A program made the position numbers and the translations under genes. Under the pieces are notes generated by a model. The model searched no databases. It saw only the letters and a program-made list of their open reading frames with translations, and had not been told where the DNA came from. A stretch of DNA of 62,249 nucleotides, the filler included, from Choristocarpus tenellus KU-1152 (lineage: Eukaryota > Protista > Phaeophyceae): the NCBI GenBank assembly GCA_964200185.2. It is 9 parts of 9 records of this genome, joined end to end, with 100 filler letters (N's around TTAATTAATTAA, not from the genome) between each part and the next. Parts side by side here need not be neighbours in the genome. Positions count along the whole stretch, not along the records: positions 38,277 to 42,553 come from CAXNAD020015326.1; positions 42,654 to 46,062 come from CAXNAD020020234.1; positions 46,163 to 48,938 come from CAXNAD020024843.1; positions 49,039 to 52,627 come from CAXNAD020019085.1; positions 52,728 to 62,249 come from CAXNAD020003612.1; 4 more parts are not named here. The stretch is one strand, 5' to 3'. Positions 39,926 through 52,747 of the stretch are shown here, piece after piece; position 1 is the stretch's first letter; each line of letters opens with the position of its first letter.

Positions 39926-42900
39926 TATGTCCTAACCAAGCCCACAAAGTATTGAAACTTTCTTGCCTGTGGACCCGACTGGTTTCACTATATTTTTACA
40001 TGTCCATCCAATGTTGGAACCTGTCCAGTCTGTGGGCTGGGCAGGTCCAAACATCTCTGGATAAGCCAACACAGGTTTCCCTCTTAGATAATGCTATCGC
40101 AATACTGAGAGTCATATTTGACAAAGGAATATATACATAAAGATTCCTATATTTCCACATAAATATTTTGTGACTATTTTTGACATACCTGTACAGAACT
40201 GGTCTGACTCAACTCGATTGGGCTAGTCCGGTTATGATACCTTTTTTTCCCCATGGTGTCGACTAAAGTGTCGACTAGAGAGTACTAACGCTGGCACTAT
40301 CCTCATGAAGTAGGTGGTTCCGACCCCAAAAACGTATGAAGAGCATCATCCTTCATGAGTATTTGACCAGTAGTAGTAATTACCACTTTTGTGCTTGATG
40401 GCTAAACAAATGGTTCGAGTGTCGGACACTTAATCACCAGGAGGTAATGTGAAGGGCTTATCACTGAAGAATATCAAGAACAACGTCTTCAGATCTCTGT
40501 GCAGGTCGAAATAGTGAGGATTAATATGCTGTGTTGCACGTATGGCTCGCAATAGAGGTGTTCTAAACGAGGGGTGTGTGTTCTGGGACATCTTTAATAT
40601 GGCCACGGATTCTCAGCCACTGAAAATCAGTATAAACCTTTTGCTCATCTTTAAACAGGAAAGACATAGCAGGGATATTTCATCAGTCACACAGCACCGC
40701 CTACATAGGGGGTGCACAACACAACAATTCCCCCTTTCTACACCTGTAAGCTCCCCCGTCCCCCGCTCCTCCAACCCTGCTCAGAACTTTCTAAAAGTCA
40801 ACTCAAGAAGAATTATCACTTTCCTAAATGATCTCATCACTGTACTTTAAACTGTGAATCCAGGGGGGAATGTGCATTGGGTGAAAGCATGAAACTGGAA
40901 ACAAAAAGGAGTTGAGGTGCCATAAACTTTGGGTTGAATGATATCAGTGGGCAATACTAACATTGGGTGAATAATCTTAGTGGAGAGGTGACCCAAAGGG
41001 GTTATGGTAGTTGGTCTGAAAATTGAATTGCTAGGCACAGAAAGAGATGCAAATCAGGAGGATCTTATGAGGGTACTCGCTTGCTTACTGTTGAGCTAAT
41101 ATAATACGAACTGCACTGCAAAGGAGAACAGTCCACAATGCATCGCCGTGTATTCGTTGTTTGATAATAGTACATTTCTTCAGTATACAGCCTAGAATGG
41201 CAGAGCAGTTCCAGGGTCTGAGAGAAGACAGAAGTGTATAGTTAAAAAAAACAACTATATCCTTGATTATGGTGTATACTTAGTTGAACATTGACATTGT
41301 AATTGTGGCACCTGGTGGAACATGTTTTTTTTTTTTTTACTTCTGGTTGCACTTACAGTGTTGTTTGTGTACATGATCTGATTCCCTCCACACATCACTA
41401 GACAATGAAATTCTTTTTCACTAACTACACACACAGGGATAAGTGTGTGTACCCATGACGAAATTCAGCTCGAGAAACTGTTTTGTTAGCTTTATGCAGT
41501 GCTGAAAATGACGTATCAATCAGGTAGAAGTATCTCAGACGAATATCCTTCTCGAGGTGATTTTATGTTGCGCATGAAGCTCCCCTTCTATCACTTATCC
41601 TGCCCTGTCCCTCCTCCCTTCTACTTTTGGAATCTTTCAGATTTTGCCAGGCCTGGCCGTGAACAAATGACTTACACTGAGATTTTACAGGACCTGGACG
41701 TAGTTGATGGCATAACAGTAAGTTCATAGTTCAAATTAGTATTTCTGACTTTACACTAGGTGCATATATATATTGAAAGGTATGAAGTGAATGGCTTGCA
41801 CGATGTGTTACATGTGTTGAAATCTAGGGAATGTTGTCAGCACAAACGAGTTGAACATGCCCTCGTTTCTGTTCCACTTTTTCATTATTTGTCATTTGAG
41901 TGCCTAGGCCATTGTTTACAGAGCAAGACCGTCGTTGCACTCGTGCGTGGTGTTGTTGCACTGCTATTGTATATTTGCCAATGTGAATAGAGTTGATGGA
42001 AAACCGGAATTGCCACGTTTCAGTCTATCAGCCTTAGAATCTCTTATGTCACATTGCCAGCGTGCTCATTCGTTCAAACTCAACACCCTGTCAGAGATGA
42101 GGTCAAGCACAAGAGTTGCTTGCCCACAGTTAAGAAAATCCCTCCACTTTCACTTGCTTGCAATTCCAACAGAATGGTTGGCACTTTTTTCAAGGTTACT
42201 GCGTTCCTCCTTTCCGCACTCATTCTGGCACATATTCCACTGCAGGTAGAGGTTGGCCACATGGAGTTGGTGATCCGTCACATGGTTACAGCATATTGTC
42301 AACTAAGAGGCCAGGATGATATTTTCCTTCCAGTGAGGCAAGTACGTTGCATTGCATATCAATTGGACACAAGTACTGGAATATGTCTGTATGTTTGGGG
42401 GGGTCCCAAGGTGTAGTCAGTGCGATATCATGTCTCTGGGGCTTGGATGGAGACTGACTCCTCATCTGGGTCAAAGTATCTGGGGGGGGGGGGTGGGTTT
42501 GTGGGGGGGGATTTGTTTTGGGTAAAAGGCTTTTTTTTTTTTTTATTTTTTAANNNNNNNNNNNNNNNNNNNNNNNNNNNNNNNNNNNNNNNNNNNNTTA
42601 ATTAATTAANNNNNNNNNNNNNNNNNNNNNNNNNNNNNNNNNNNNNNNNNNNNCCCCCCTCCTCCACACGCACACGCACACCATCACCATCACCATACCT
42701 TCCAACCTTACACTACATCTCTCAGTCCCCCTAAAACTCTTTTTTTTTTTACATTTGTGTGTATTTGCGTCTACCCCTGTTCCCCCTCCTATTTTATCTC
42801 TTCTTTTTTTTTCACCTCGCCGCGGAACTGCAGGCGGTAGCTCTCCATGGCTGCCTGCCTCTCTAAGAGGACAATAGGTGCACGGACACGGCATAGCACC

Positions 42901-44042
42901 TGTTGGCAGCAGGAGGAGAGGTACAGGGTCAAGAATAGGACGAACAGACACCAATGGTTCAACTTCATCAAGTTGCCGTAAGTCAAACCCTGACCCTAAA
43001 TTGACTCAGGTTAAGCAAGACAATTTGACCCAACATCTGGAAGAAGAGCCCTATTCCTTAACTATGAATCATCACAAAGTATACCCGCTAGGGTAGGCGG
43101 AGGGGGGTGGAGTGGGTGGGGAGGACCGAAAAAGATACTCAGAGTACTGACAGAACAAGGTACACCTCTTTCCTGCTATGAGCAGGCAGGCCCTCTTCAG
43201 CAAACCCCTTCAACGTATTCTTGTAAGATAGCTCTGGGGTGCTCTAGAGCTCTTCATAGGGAGTGTAATTGAGAGACACACCTTACTGAGGTGGCACAAT
43301 TTGTCGTTGCGATGACAACAATTTTTTTTAATCAGTCCATTTGTGGTGCAGTGGAACAATTCCAAGAGGGTGAATAAACATCCAATGAGACATGGAAAAA
43401 AAAGTCTATTCGTGTGTGTGTGTGTGTGTGTGTGTCTTTAACTTATGCAATAGGGTTTCATCAGTGGATCACTTCTGTGTGTATGTCCTTTTTGAAATAC
43501 TCCCCGACACAAGAATGCCTAAGATACAAGTATCTCCAGTAGTGTATAATAAATATCTCTAGTAATATGTGATAAAATGCACACAAATCTCAAATGTCAA
43601 TTCGGTCTACCTCAAAAGTTATTTTACAGTGTTGAAACACAACATCACAAGACAGACTGCTTCGAGGGTCATTTTTTTTGTTCATGTTCAAAAGGTTTTT
43701 TTGTGGTATGATCTACATGCAGAGGATGAGATATGTATCGGGACAAGGTATCAAAAGCATCCCATAAGCCTGACATTTTCCTATTGATAGAGCGCCTCCT
43801 GAGTTTTACAAAAACCTGTACGTGTTGAGCTTATAAAGACCATAGGTGACAGGGATTCACACCATGCCACTGCACTTGTAATAGCATCACTCTCTAAAGC
43901 ACGATATTGCTGTCCTCTGTACACTGTTACACCACCCTTCGAGATCAAAGTGTTTCATACCTCCAGTGACACAACAGACAACAGATGCAACCACCCCAAT
44001 ATACAAAACATCCTTGTGTGTGTGTTGACCCCAGCCCCATGC

Positions 44043-44176
44043 CTAACCCTAACCCCAACCCCAACTCCTTCCCTATCCCAACACAAACATTATCTCTAAC
44101 CTTAACCTTAACCCTAGCCCAAACTCTATCTCTAACCTTATCCCTAACCCCAAGTCCAACCCTAACCCTAACCCTA
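44043..44176. repeat. Degenerate (CCCTAA)n telomere-like array
   Basis: About 20 degenerate hexamers; source of the LTLTL/GLGLG ORFs. Confidence 0.85.
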
Positions 44177-45341
44177 TTCCCCCATGTGCTGTGTACAGGC
44201 TGTTCCTCTACCTTATCCCCTCCCCTCGACATGGTGAGCTTTAGCTGTAAGCCAGATTGAGTGAATAGTGTATTTATTATCACTTCCCTAGCCAGCCTCA
44301 GCCACTCCACATGAGACACAGACAGCTTCAGGAGAGGTGCAAATGAAACAAGATAACGAGGAAGAAAAAGGGAAGACGTGTAGATAGATGAGTGTGATGA
44401 GCGGAAAGTGGTCTAAGCATAATATGTAGTATGAGTACAAGGTGTAATTCAAGTCCAAGCTAATTGTACAAACACCAAAGATAGTACAAGTTATAGTACA
44501 AGCACAGGGAGCAGTACAAGGACAGGCACAAAGACACAAGTATAGGATAAAGCACATGCACAGCATATATATAGCACAAGTCCAGGACATACAACAAAAT
44601 ATTGGGATATAGTACAGGCAAAATATGTGGTAACAGCATGAACAGGATTAACAGCATTAACAGTAGGAGTAAATCATGTGCAGCGACGCAATTGCTCAAT
44701 GGTGTGGAAGTCACCATGCACGCTACTATTTCTAGTAGTTCCTCTCAGTAGAGGTGTCCATTTGACTGCAGTGTCACCCCTGACTGTAGGTCTTGATCCC
44801 TTAACTCCTTTACAAGCACAATGAGGAACTTACACCTTGAGATCATTACAAAGGCGTATAGATGTTTGGATAGTACTTTCTTCAAACCTCATGGACTTCA
44901 TCTAGTGGGGTGCGGAATCTGGCTTCCCACTCCCTTCGGAGGCGCTCCTTCGCCTCGTTCTTGACCACTTCATCACCTGGAACAGCAGAGTACCAGATCT
45001 CATCCACCTGAGGGAAGGGTGATACATGGGGCATTGGTTGTGTGGATCCAGGTTGTACTTGTGTGTGTGTGTTATTATTGCATTGTCATCATTATCATCA
45101 TTACTATTATGATTAGTACTGATGTTAATAACATCTTATTTGGTATATTATTACTATTACTACTACTTCTACTGTCAATACTATTAACATGATGAATATA
45201 TTTTGACTATTATTTGCAGGTGTCCAAGAGAAAAGAAAGATTGTTTGTCGAGGGTTAGTTTGTATTTGTCCTGTGTTTGCAGTGGACTGTGACGTGTGTG
45301 TGATGCATCTTGATGTGTGTTTATAGTCGAATATCATGTAG

Positions 45342-45342
<1 letters not shown>

Positions 45343-45387
<45 letters not shown>

Positions 45388-45421
45388 GAGAGAGAGGGAG
45401 AGAGAGGGAGAGAGAGGGAGG
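45343..45421. repeat. (GT)n(GA)n compound microsatellite
   Basis: Seen directly; another (GT)n lies at about 43412-43435. Confidence 0.9.
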
Positions 45422-45920
45422 GATAGAAAATAGTCCGCACCTACGAGATCCTCTGTTTCATTTCCTGCATTTAGAGGAAGTATCTGCCTAAGCTGCAAGG
45501 ACTCCGGTCTGTTTGGCTTCAGATCACATGTACATTCCTTTGGATGGCTGACAATAACACAAACCTCCCACTATACCATTGCCAAGGGCACTCTTTAAGA
45601 CAGATCACAGACTTCACCCTGTTATTGATTGCCACATGTGATGAGCACTCTGGCTGCAAGGGAAAATGAAATTAGGAAACAATATGTCTCAACAACGTAC
45701 CACCGTGGGCAGTAGTGCCATTGCAACATAGTGACGTGCTTGGACATACTAACAGTCCAGAAGCAGAATGGATAGATCCTCAAAACATGTCAAATCTGGA
45801 GAGATTTTAGATAATGTGCCCCCAAAATAGGTGCTGTTCTGCGCCCCCTCTGCCTGTGTGTGTGTCTTGGTAAGAATGTCCCATCGACTTTCACAGTCTA
45901 CAGGAAAACCACACTCAAAT

Positions 45921-46062
45921 GGTTCAAAGTATCTGGGAGGGGGTGGCGGCTGTCCATTTGGGGTCAATTTTTTCATCTCACGATTTTTGGGTGATTTGGT
46001 TGAATAAGACGGATGGATACAGTATAAGCACGCTTCCTAATTTTGACCCAAATTGACAACAT
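45921..46062 (+). mobile_element. MITE family A, truncated at a contig gap
   Basis: ggttcaaagtatctgggagggggtggcggctgtccatttggggtc core. Confidence 0.85.
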
Positions 46063-46827
46063 NNNNNNNNNNNNNNNNNNNNNNNNNNNNNNNNNNNNNN
46101 NNNNNNTTAATTAATTAANNNNNNNNNNNNNNNNNNNNNNNNNNNNNNNNNNNNNNNNNNNNGGAAAATGTCATAAAAAAATCCATGGGAAGTCAAAGCC
46201 CCACAAATGGACAAACAGGGAAAAATTCTTACCCTCTAAGATAGTTTCACTCCTATGTTATTATTATTACTTTAAAATAACGTGTCTGCTAAAGGTTCAG
46301 ACAACAACTAATATATAATACATCAATCAAACAATTCTTCTCCATCTTCTCAGATAACCTTTCCAAACAATTCGCCAGGCCGAGCGATGGATACCCTGTC
46401 CTTCTCAAAGCCGCTATTTATTCCTTGAACACTATAACGCACCTCCCCCCTTCTTCTCTATGCACCATCTCATGCTCTGCCCAAGTGTCGACAAACCAGA
46501 ACCGATCTCGTCCTCGTTCGAATCTTGGAGGATCATATACTGGAGTCAACGCACGATGCTCCTAAGCACGGCACCAATTCAGGACCTCTGGAAGTGCACC
46601 TTGAACTACTTTCAGAGAAACGTAGGACAATAGACCTTGACCAATAACCACTCGTATACCCCTCCAGATTCCGTCCACACCTTATATGAGAGATATAATG
46701 CATTAACCCGAAAACAAAACCTGACCTTTTTCCATTCCTTCATACCAACAAGTTCGACCCTAACACCCTCAGCGACAACCACATCTTAATACATACTAAA
46801 TCCAACACATGCACGCAAATAAACGAA

Positions 46828-47087
46828 AAGTGAAAGTATCTTAGAGGGTAAGAATTTTGCCCTGTTTGTCCATTTGGGGCTTGGCTTCCCATGGGTTTTT
46901 GTTTATGACATCTTCCTACACCAAATGTTTCGGAGTAGGTAAAATGTATACGTTATGAAAAGGTGTGTTTAGAACAAGGATATTTACACTTCCTAAAAAG
47001 AATGATAGCCAAAATTACATCAAAATCGCAACAATGGATTTTGGACCCCAAATGGACGCGACCCTACCCTCTAAGATACTTTGACTC
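46828..47087 (-). mobile_element. MITE family B, complete
   Basis: TIRs (a)agtgaaagtatcttagagggta / taccctctaagatactttgactc; TSD CGAA on both sides. Confidence 0.9.
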
Positions 47088-47119
47088 CGAAGTATTACAT
47101 TTAAACTGTACATGTTGTA

Positions 47120-47437
47120 GAGTGAAAGTATCTTAGAGGGTACGAGTTTTACCCTGTTTGTCCCTTTGGTGCTTGGCTCCTCTTAAGTTTTTTTATGACA
47201 TTTTCCTACTCGAAAATGTTTTGGAGTAGGTAAAATGTATACGTTATGGAAAGGTGTGTCTGGAACAAGGATATCGACACTTCCTAATGAACACGATAGG
47301 CAAAATTACATCAAAATCACAACATTGGATAATTGACACTTCCTAACAAACACGATAGGTGAAATTACATCAAAGTCACAACGTTGGATTTTTACCCCCA
47401 AATGGACAGCGCTCTACCCTCTAAGATACTTTGACTC
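47120..47437 (-). mobile_element. MITE family B with an internal tandem duplication of about 60 bp
   Basis: Both TIRs present; TSD TGTA/TATA (one mismatch). Segment gacacttcctaa...aaattacatcaaa...ttggat is repeated at about 47271-47390. Confidence 0.88.
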
Positions 47438-47771
47438 TATATGTTTTGGTTCCTTGTGCACACACCAGGAGAACATGCCCAAACTGACAGTCCTCTTTCT
47501 ATAAACACCGGACACGACTTACGCAAGCAAATAAACGAAAAAAACCTCCCAACAACCCATATTATTTTTTTCAATTCCTCATCCAGCAGTGGGAAAACAC
47601 ACCCTAACCGACATGCTTCTTTATGTGTCAAACAAATCCACTCATGCAACCAAACAAACCAATATCCAGCCCAGGAACAACCTATCCCATATCTCTTATT
47701 CTTTATCGTAACTGCACGACCACATACATAAACCAATAGTCCAGTTTGAACAGACTCGAAATCCGACACAT

Positions 47772-48290
47772 GGATCAAAGTATCTGGGGAGGGGGGGTGC
47801 CAGCGTCCGTTTTTGACCCTGGCTTAACGTATGTAGGGGGTGTGGCAGCCGTTCATTTGGGATCAATTTTTTCATGTCGCGATTTTTTGGTGATTTGGTT
47901 CCATACGTTGGATGGATAATGAAAGTGTACTTTTCCTGGTTTTGGTCCAAATGGACACTCTGGTGTAGACCCCCCCCCCCCCCCCCCCCCCCCCCCTTTG
48001 TGAACGAGAACCAAACGAACAAAGAAGAAAACGAAACAAAAAAAAAGAAATCCCCCAGATACTTTGAGTCACATGCAAACGTCTAAACTCCTAACCAAAC
48101 CCAAATAAATGGTGGCATAGAGTCCCATTCCTCTTGCGTACGCAAGGACAGAAAGGAACCTGACCAACAATCTTCTCTTTTTTGGCTGACATTTCAAATC
48201 CGACACGTGCGACCAAATCATACCAAAAGGAGAAAATCGAAAAGAGGGTAAAAAACGGATGCTGGCACCTCCCTCCAGATACTTTGATCG
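47772..48290 (+). mobile_element. MITE family A composite (copy 47772-48070 plus an outer right TIR at about 48250-48290)
   Basis: TSD ACAT at 47768-47771 and 48071-48074. The left 40 bp also pairs with aaaaacggatgctggcacctccctccagatactttgatc. Confidence 0.8.
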
Positions 48291-48766
48291 AAGGGCATCA
48301 AATGAAAATAATTGAGTGTGTGCAAAGTGCACGGATATGCGCTGTATAACCCTTGTGCATGTGTACAGGTCGTGAGTCATTTGTTTCTATACACTAGCAT
48401 CTCGTATCACCCATGGGCATCACACTCACCTCCAAAAGGGGACCTTTTTTTCTTTGAGGCCATTGAGGATATTTTTGAGTTGAATCTCCTTAATAAGTGT
48501 ACAGCAGGGGTTGGTCAAACTCTTGTATTTAGACGAGGGTGGTAGTAAGGATTCAACATCTCTTCTTGGGCTAATTTTTCAGTCTACTTCAAAGGGAGAC
48601 CCTGCTCCTTCATGGGTGCATCATGCTAGGTACCTAATTTAATGTGGGTCACTAGCTATGGGGTATGATTTCCCATGGTTCAGTGGACTAAAAATCTGCA
48701 CTGCGATGTGCGTTAGCACTTCAGATATTGAGCTCATCACGATACAGTTAACATAGACTTCTCTGT

Positions 48767-49113
48767 AGCTCAAAGTATATGGGGAGGGGGGTGGCGGCTG
48801 TCCGTTTGGGGCTAATTTTTTCATGTCACAATGTTTGGGTAATTTGGTTGCATACGTCGGATGGACAATGTAAATGCACTTTTCCTAGTTTTGGTTCAAA
48901 AGGACACCCTGGTGTAGACCCCCCCCCCTCCCACGTACNNNNNNNNNNNNNNNNNNNNNNNNNNNNNNNNNNNNNNNNNNNNTTAATTAATTAANNNNNN
49001 NNNNNNNNNNNNNNNNNNNNNNNNNNNNNNNNNNNNNNAAAATCGCAACATGAAAAAATTGACCCCAAATGGACAGCCGTCGCCCCCCCACCCCCCCCCA
49101 GATACTTGAGTCT
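48767..49113. mobile_element. MITE family A fragments flanking a contig gap
   Basis: Core at 48767-48938 (+) and inverted end at 49039-49113. Confidence 0.8.
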
Positions 49114-49599
49114 TGCCTCAAGTGTTATTATTGTCGCACCTAGATTTGCCAACCACTTTACATCCCCACAACCACCTACCGCACAAACACCCCTCAATCA
49201 TCAAGTCTATACTGTCCCCACTCCATTATCACACAGCCACCAAAATTGTTCAGATTTACTGATCCTGTTTCTTATCACTACAACACATCTATTTACTATG
49301 ATAGTAGTAGTTACTATAATAGTATGGTAAATATTTGTATTATCATTATTGATACTAACATTACTTATATTACTACATACAATATTGAATTGGCTTTTTT
49401 TTACATATCCGTAAAATGTAAGAGGGCATAATAATACAATCATTTTTTATTTAAAATTTTATATTATTATTATTTTTGATTATGTCAATTTGAAGGATCC
49501 AGACCACCCTTCCAAAAAGTAGTGGTGGAGAAGAGTTGAAAGGAATCAACAGATACAAGAGAATCAGCCCAAGAATACGGTATTCAGCAGACAGTAGTA

Positions 49600-49790
49600 G
49601 CGGAGGTGATGTTGGTGGCTTGGGTGACCTTAGTTCCTGCTCTGGTGTGACGTACTTTAAGTTATCATAGGTTGCTTGGAACGGCACTGAGAAATCATCC
49701 CTCCATGTTGTGTCGTTACCCCACAAACTCATACCATATCTGTTGAGTACCAGCCCCCCCCCTCCAATCCTCAACTCCAATCCCAAACTT
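49600..49790 (-). mobile_element. RTE LINE 3'-end fragment
   Basis: Homologous to 15350-15540 (ggcttgggtgaccttag...ggtgtgacgtac; cctcaactccaatc). Confidence 0.65.
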
Positions 49791-52424
49791 CCTGTTTTTA
49801 AATTTCTCTGAAATATTTAATATATCTGGTGTAGAGCATATACAGGTCTCGTGACTGGCGTACAGTTACGCAACACATAGTATTATCAATAGTGTATCAC
49901 CAAACTTTGGACAAAATAAATTGATTGGGGAATAATGTATCCAATCATAGAGCTTGCTCTGGACCAAGCACCTACATCTATGAGAAAAGTAACTACTATC
50001 TATGCCACAAACTCACAAGACATACTCCCCTCACAACTATGCCTATCAAGAAGGTGGTGGACTGTAACAAAGATGATCTGCAATTCCTAGACCATGACCT
50101 GGGTCAGTGCAACCCCTTGGAGACAAGAATGTGAGCACTACCCCATTTAACTTTCCTGGAAATGCGCACATGTGATGAGGTTAGGGGAACTGTGCTTCCA
50201 ATGACACCCTCGGATCTATTCTTAGACGGATATTCAACACTCAACCCAGTGTCCAAATTACTAGTATTCCTGAGCCATCCTAAGAAGCTAACCTATGCTA
50301 CTCTTGCCTTTGCAGGGGAAATGGTCGGCATGTTCCGAGTTCCGATATTTCTCGCACTCACAGAAGAGTCTCCGGGTCTCTTCCTTTCCGTTCTACATTA
50401 TGCCTGGTATGTTAGTTGACCGAAACTCAGAGTAATGGAAAATTATATCTGTTGTTGGCGGCGCTTGTATTTCAAGGTATGTGTGGGATATGGGTCTTAT
50501 ATATTCCTGACAGTGCGACTTAGTCATCACGACACTTGAACTTTAAATACACTCTATGCTTCAGGGCATGAAACTATCTAGTGCATCAACCTCCTCTCAA
50601 AGACGAGAAGGAGCGCAACATCAATCCACAAGAGATTTAGAATGGGAGGGGAAGTCCTTGAAGTGGCATGTTCTTCCGTATTCGTAGTCCCATGAGAAGC
50701 GTATCTTTCACGGAGGATATTCCACACTGTCAGGGTACTTAACCTATTCAAATTTCCTTCTCGTGTATCATTTTACCTTCTCCATTATTTTAGCGAGTGA
50801 AATGTGGTGCAATCTTGTCCGTAGCATGCTTGAACATTGTGCAATTTACCTTTGGGAAGTAATGCTATTTATCAGTAGTGAAGACAAGAAGGTTTGAAGC
50901 TTCACACGGTTCCCCATTGCTGAAAGTGATTACATGGTTGAAATTAGAAGAGTGACCTTGTGTGATGTCTTCTCATTGCCTGTTTTGTTATTATTTGTGC
51001 TTCCTACCTAAGTCAGGGGTTATGTCAAAGTAGTTGAATGCAGAATAATAACCTATACGTAATCCCATTCATAATCCGGATGTACTCTCTCATTAGTTAC
51101 ATCTCTCATACACAAAATAAGGTACACCTCACTATTGTTCTATTTTGCACAAACACGACACGGTTCTAGAATCTAGTAACTGACATCACCCGTATCTCCT
51201 CTGTTACTCTTGGTCATACGGTTATTATCGCCCTGACCTACTTGCTCACAAAATCGATATATCCATTCCAAATATACTCATCAATTTACGGGGAATGATG
51301 AAAATTATTGCTAGTACATATTGCAACTCACTATTGCCTATACTGCAAAAGAAGTGTAGTTTTCCTCTTTCCGTGGTCCTGCAAAATGCTACTTCAAGTT
51401 GTATATTATTGAGTGGACCTACCCATCACTCCTGCCGATATCAATTCCCACTTCACCCGGATGCCCGGCATCTGCATTGGTGGAAGCTGGTGAACTCATG
51501 GACTTTGGTCTAGCCCTGATTGGGGAACCTCAGAGTTGATAATCGGGGAACACGCTCTGTTGCAACAGAAAACAGTAACCAATATGATGAGTTGACATGC
51601 CCCTGACCGACTTTCAGAGTCTTGTGAGTTCTTGTATTGCAATGACTGTAGAGTAACCTCTACAATACTTCGAGGTAAGGTGGGATGCAGCTTCATCTGA
51701 GCATAATGTGAGAGTGCTGTTGTGAAGTATGAAAACATGTTATGCCTGCCATGAGCAGTGACACGTTACCATCAGTGCAGCACAAATGTGGCACACAACT
51801 CTTCAGAGACCGATGAATAATGATCCCTTCATGACTAGTCAATCAGGATTACCATTCCATGAACAGGTACATACTACAAATGTACACAATACAAGGTGCC
51901 ACACCACCAATCTGTATTATGGGAAGGAGATCAACTGTGATTGAATGTTCACCAAGAGATTACTATGCATTGGACTCTGACAACTTTCATGACACATTTG
52001 TAGCACTCAATAGCAATATGTCACAAACAGTGGCAGGCACACACTGTTTCTGAGGCACGGGCAGCATTCTCACAACATATTCAGTTCATTCTCATCCTAC
52101 ATGCTTCAAAGTATTTATTAGGTCGCTCCGTGGGTATTGCACCACCAAAATTCAATTACTCTCAGATCAAACCAGGGGCATATCATCTAGGGTCTGATCA
52201 TATTGGATATTGTGTCTAGTGCACAGGACTGTGTTGTTTTCTTATAATATTCTTCTCCAAGCCCGACCTTAGAGTCCACAACCATGGCTTGCCCAAAGTC
52301 AGTGAGTTTCACCACCTCTCACCAATGGCGGGCACATGGGTGAATTGCAGATTAGGATTGGGTCAAGAGTGATTCACTCATAATATACAAGCTAATGCAG
52401 GTACCGAGTCATGAGGGGAGCTTC

Positions 52425-52747
52425 TGGCTCAAAGTATCTGTGAGGGGGTGGCGACTGTTCATTTGGGGTCAATTTTTTCATGTCACAATATTTGGGTGAT
52501 TTTATTGCATACATCGGATGGTTACTGTAAATGCACTTTTCCTGATTTGACCCAAATGGACACCATGCTGTAGACCCCCCCCCCCCCCCCCGCCACTCGG
52601 GCTCCGCCAGCCGGGGCGGTGGAAGCCNNNNNNNNNNNNNNNNNNNNNNNNNNNNNNNNNNNNNNNNNNNNTTAATTAATTAANNNNNNNNNNNNNNNNN
52701 NNNNNNNNNNNNNNNNNNNNNNNNNNNCCCCCAAGATACTTTGACCC
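52425..52747 (+). mobile_element. MITE family A sequence on both sides of a contig gap
   Basis: Left TIR ggctcaaagtatctg and core; after the gap, caagatactttgaccc. Confidence 0.8.

Noticed and set aside
43945-44319. 124-aa RV/GL-repeat ORF
   Set aside because: Translation of a degenerate TTAGGG array.
52280-52330. Minus-strand VVKLTDFG as a protein kinase fragment
   Set aside because: No intact HRD or APE motifs or splice context; could be chance or an unrecognisable pseudogene.
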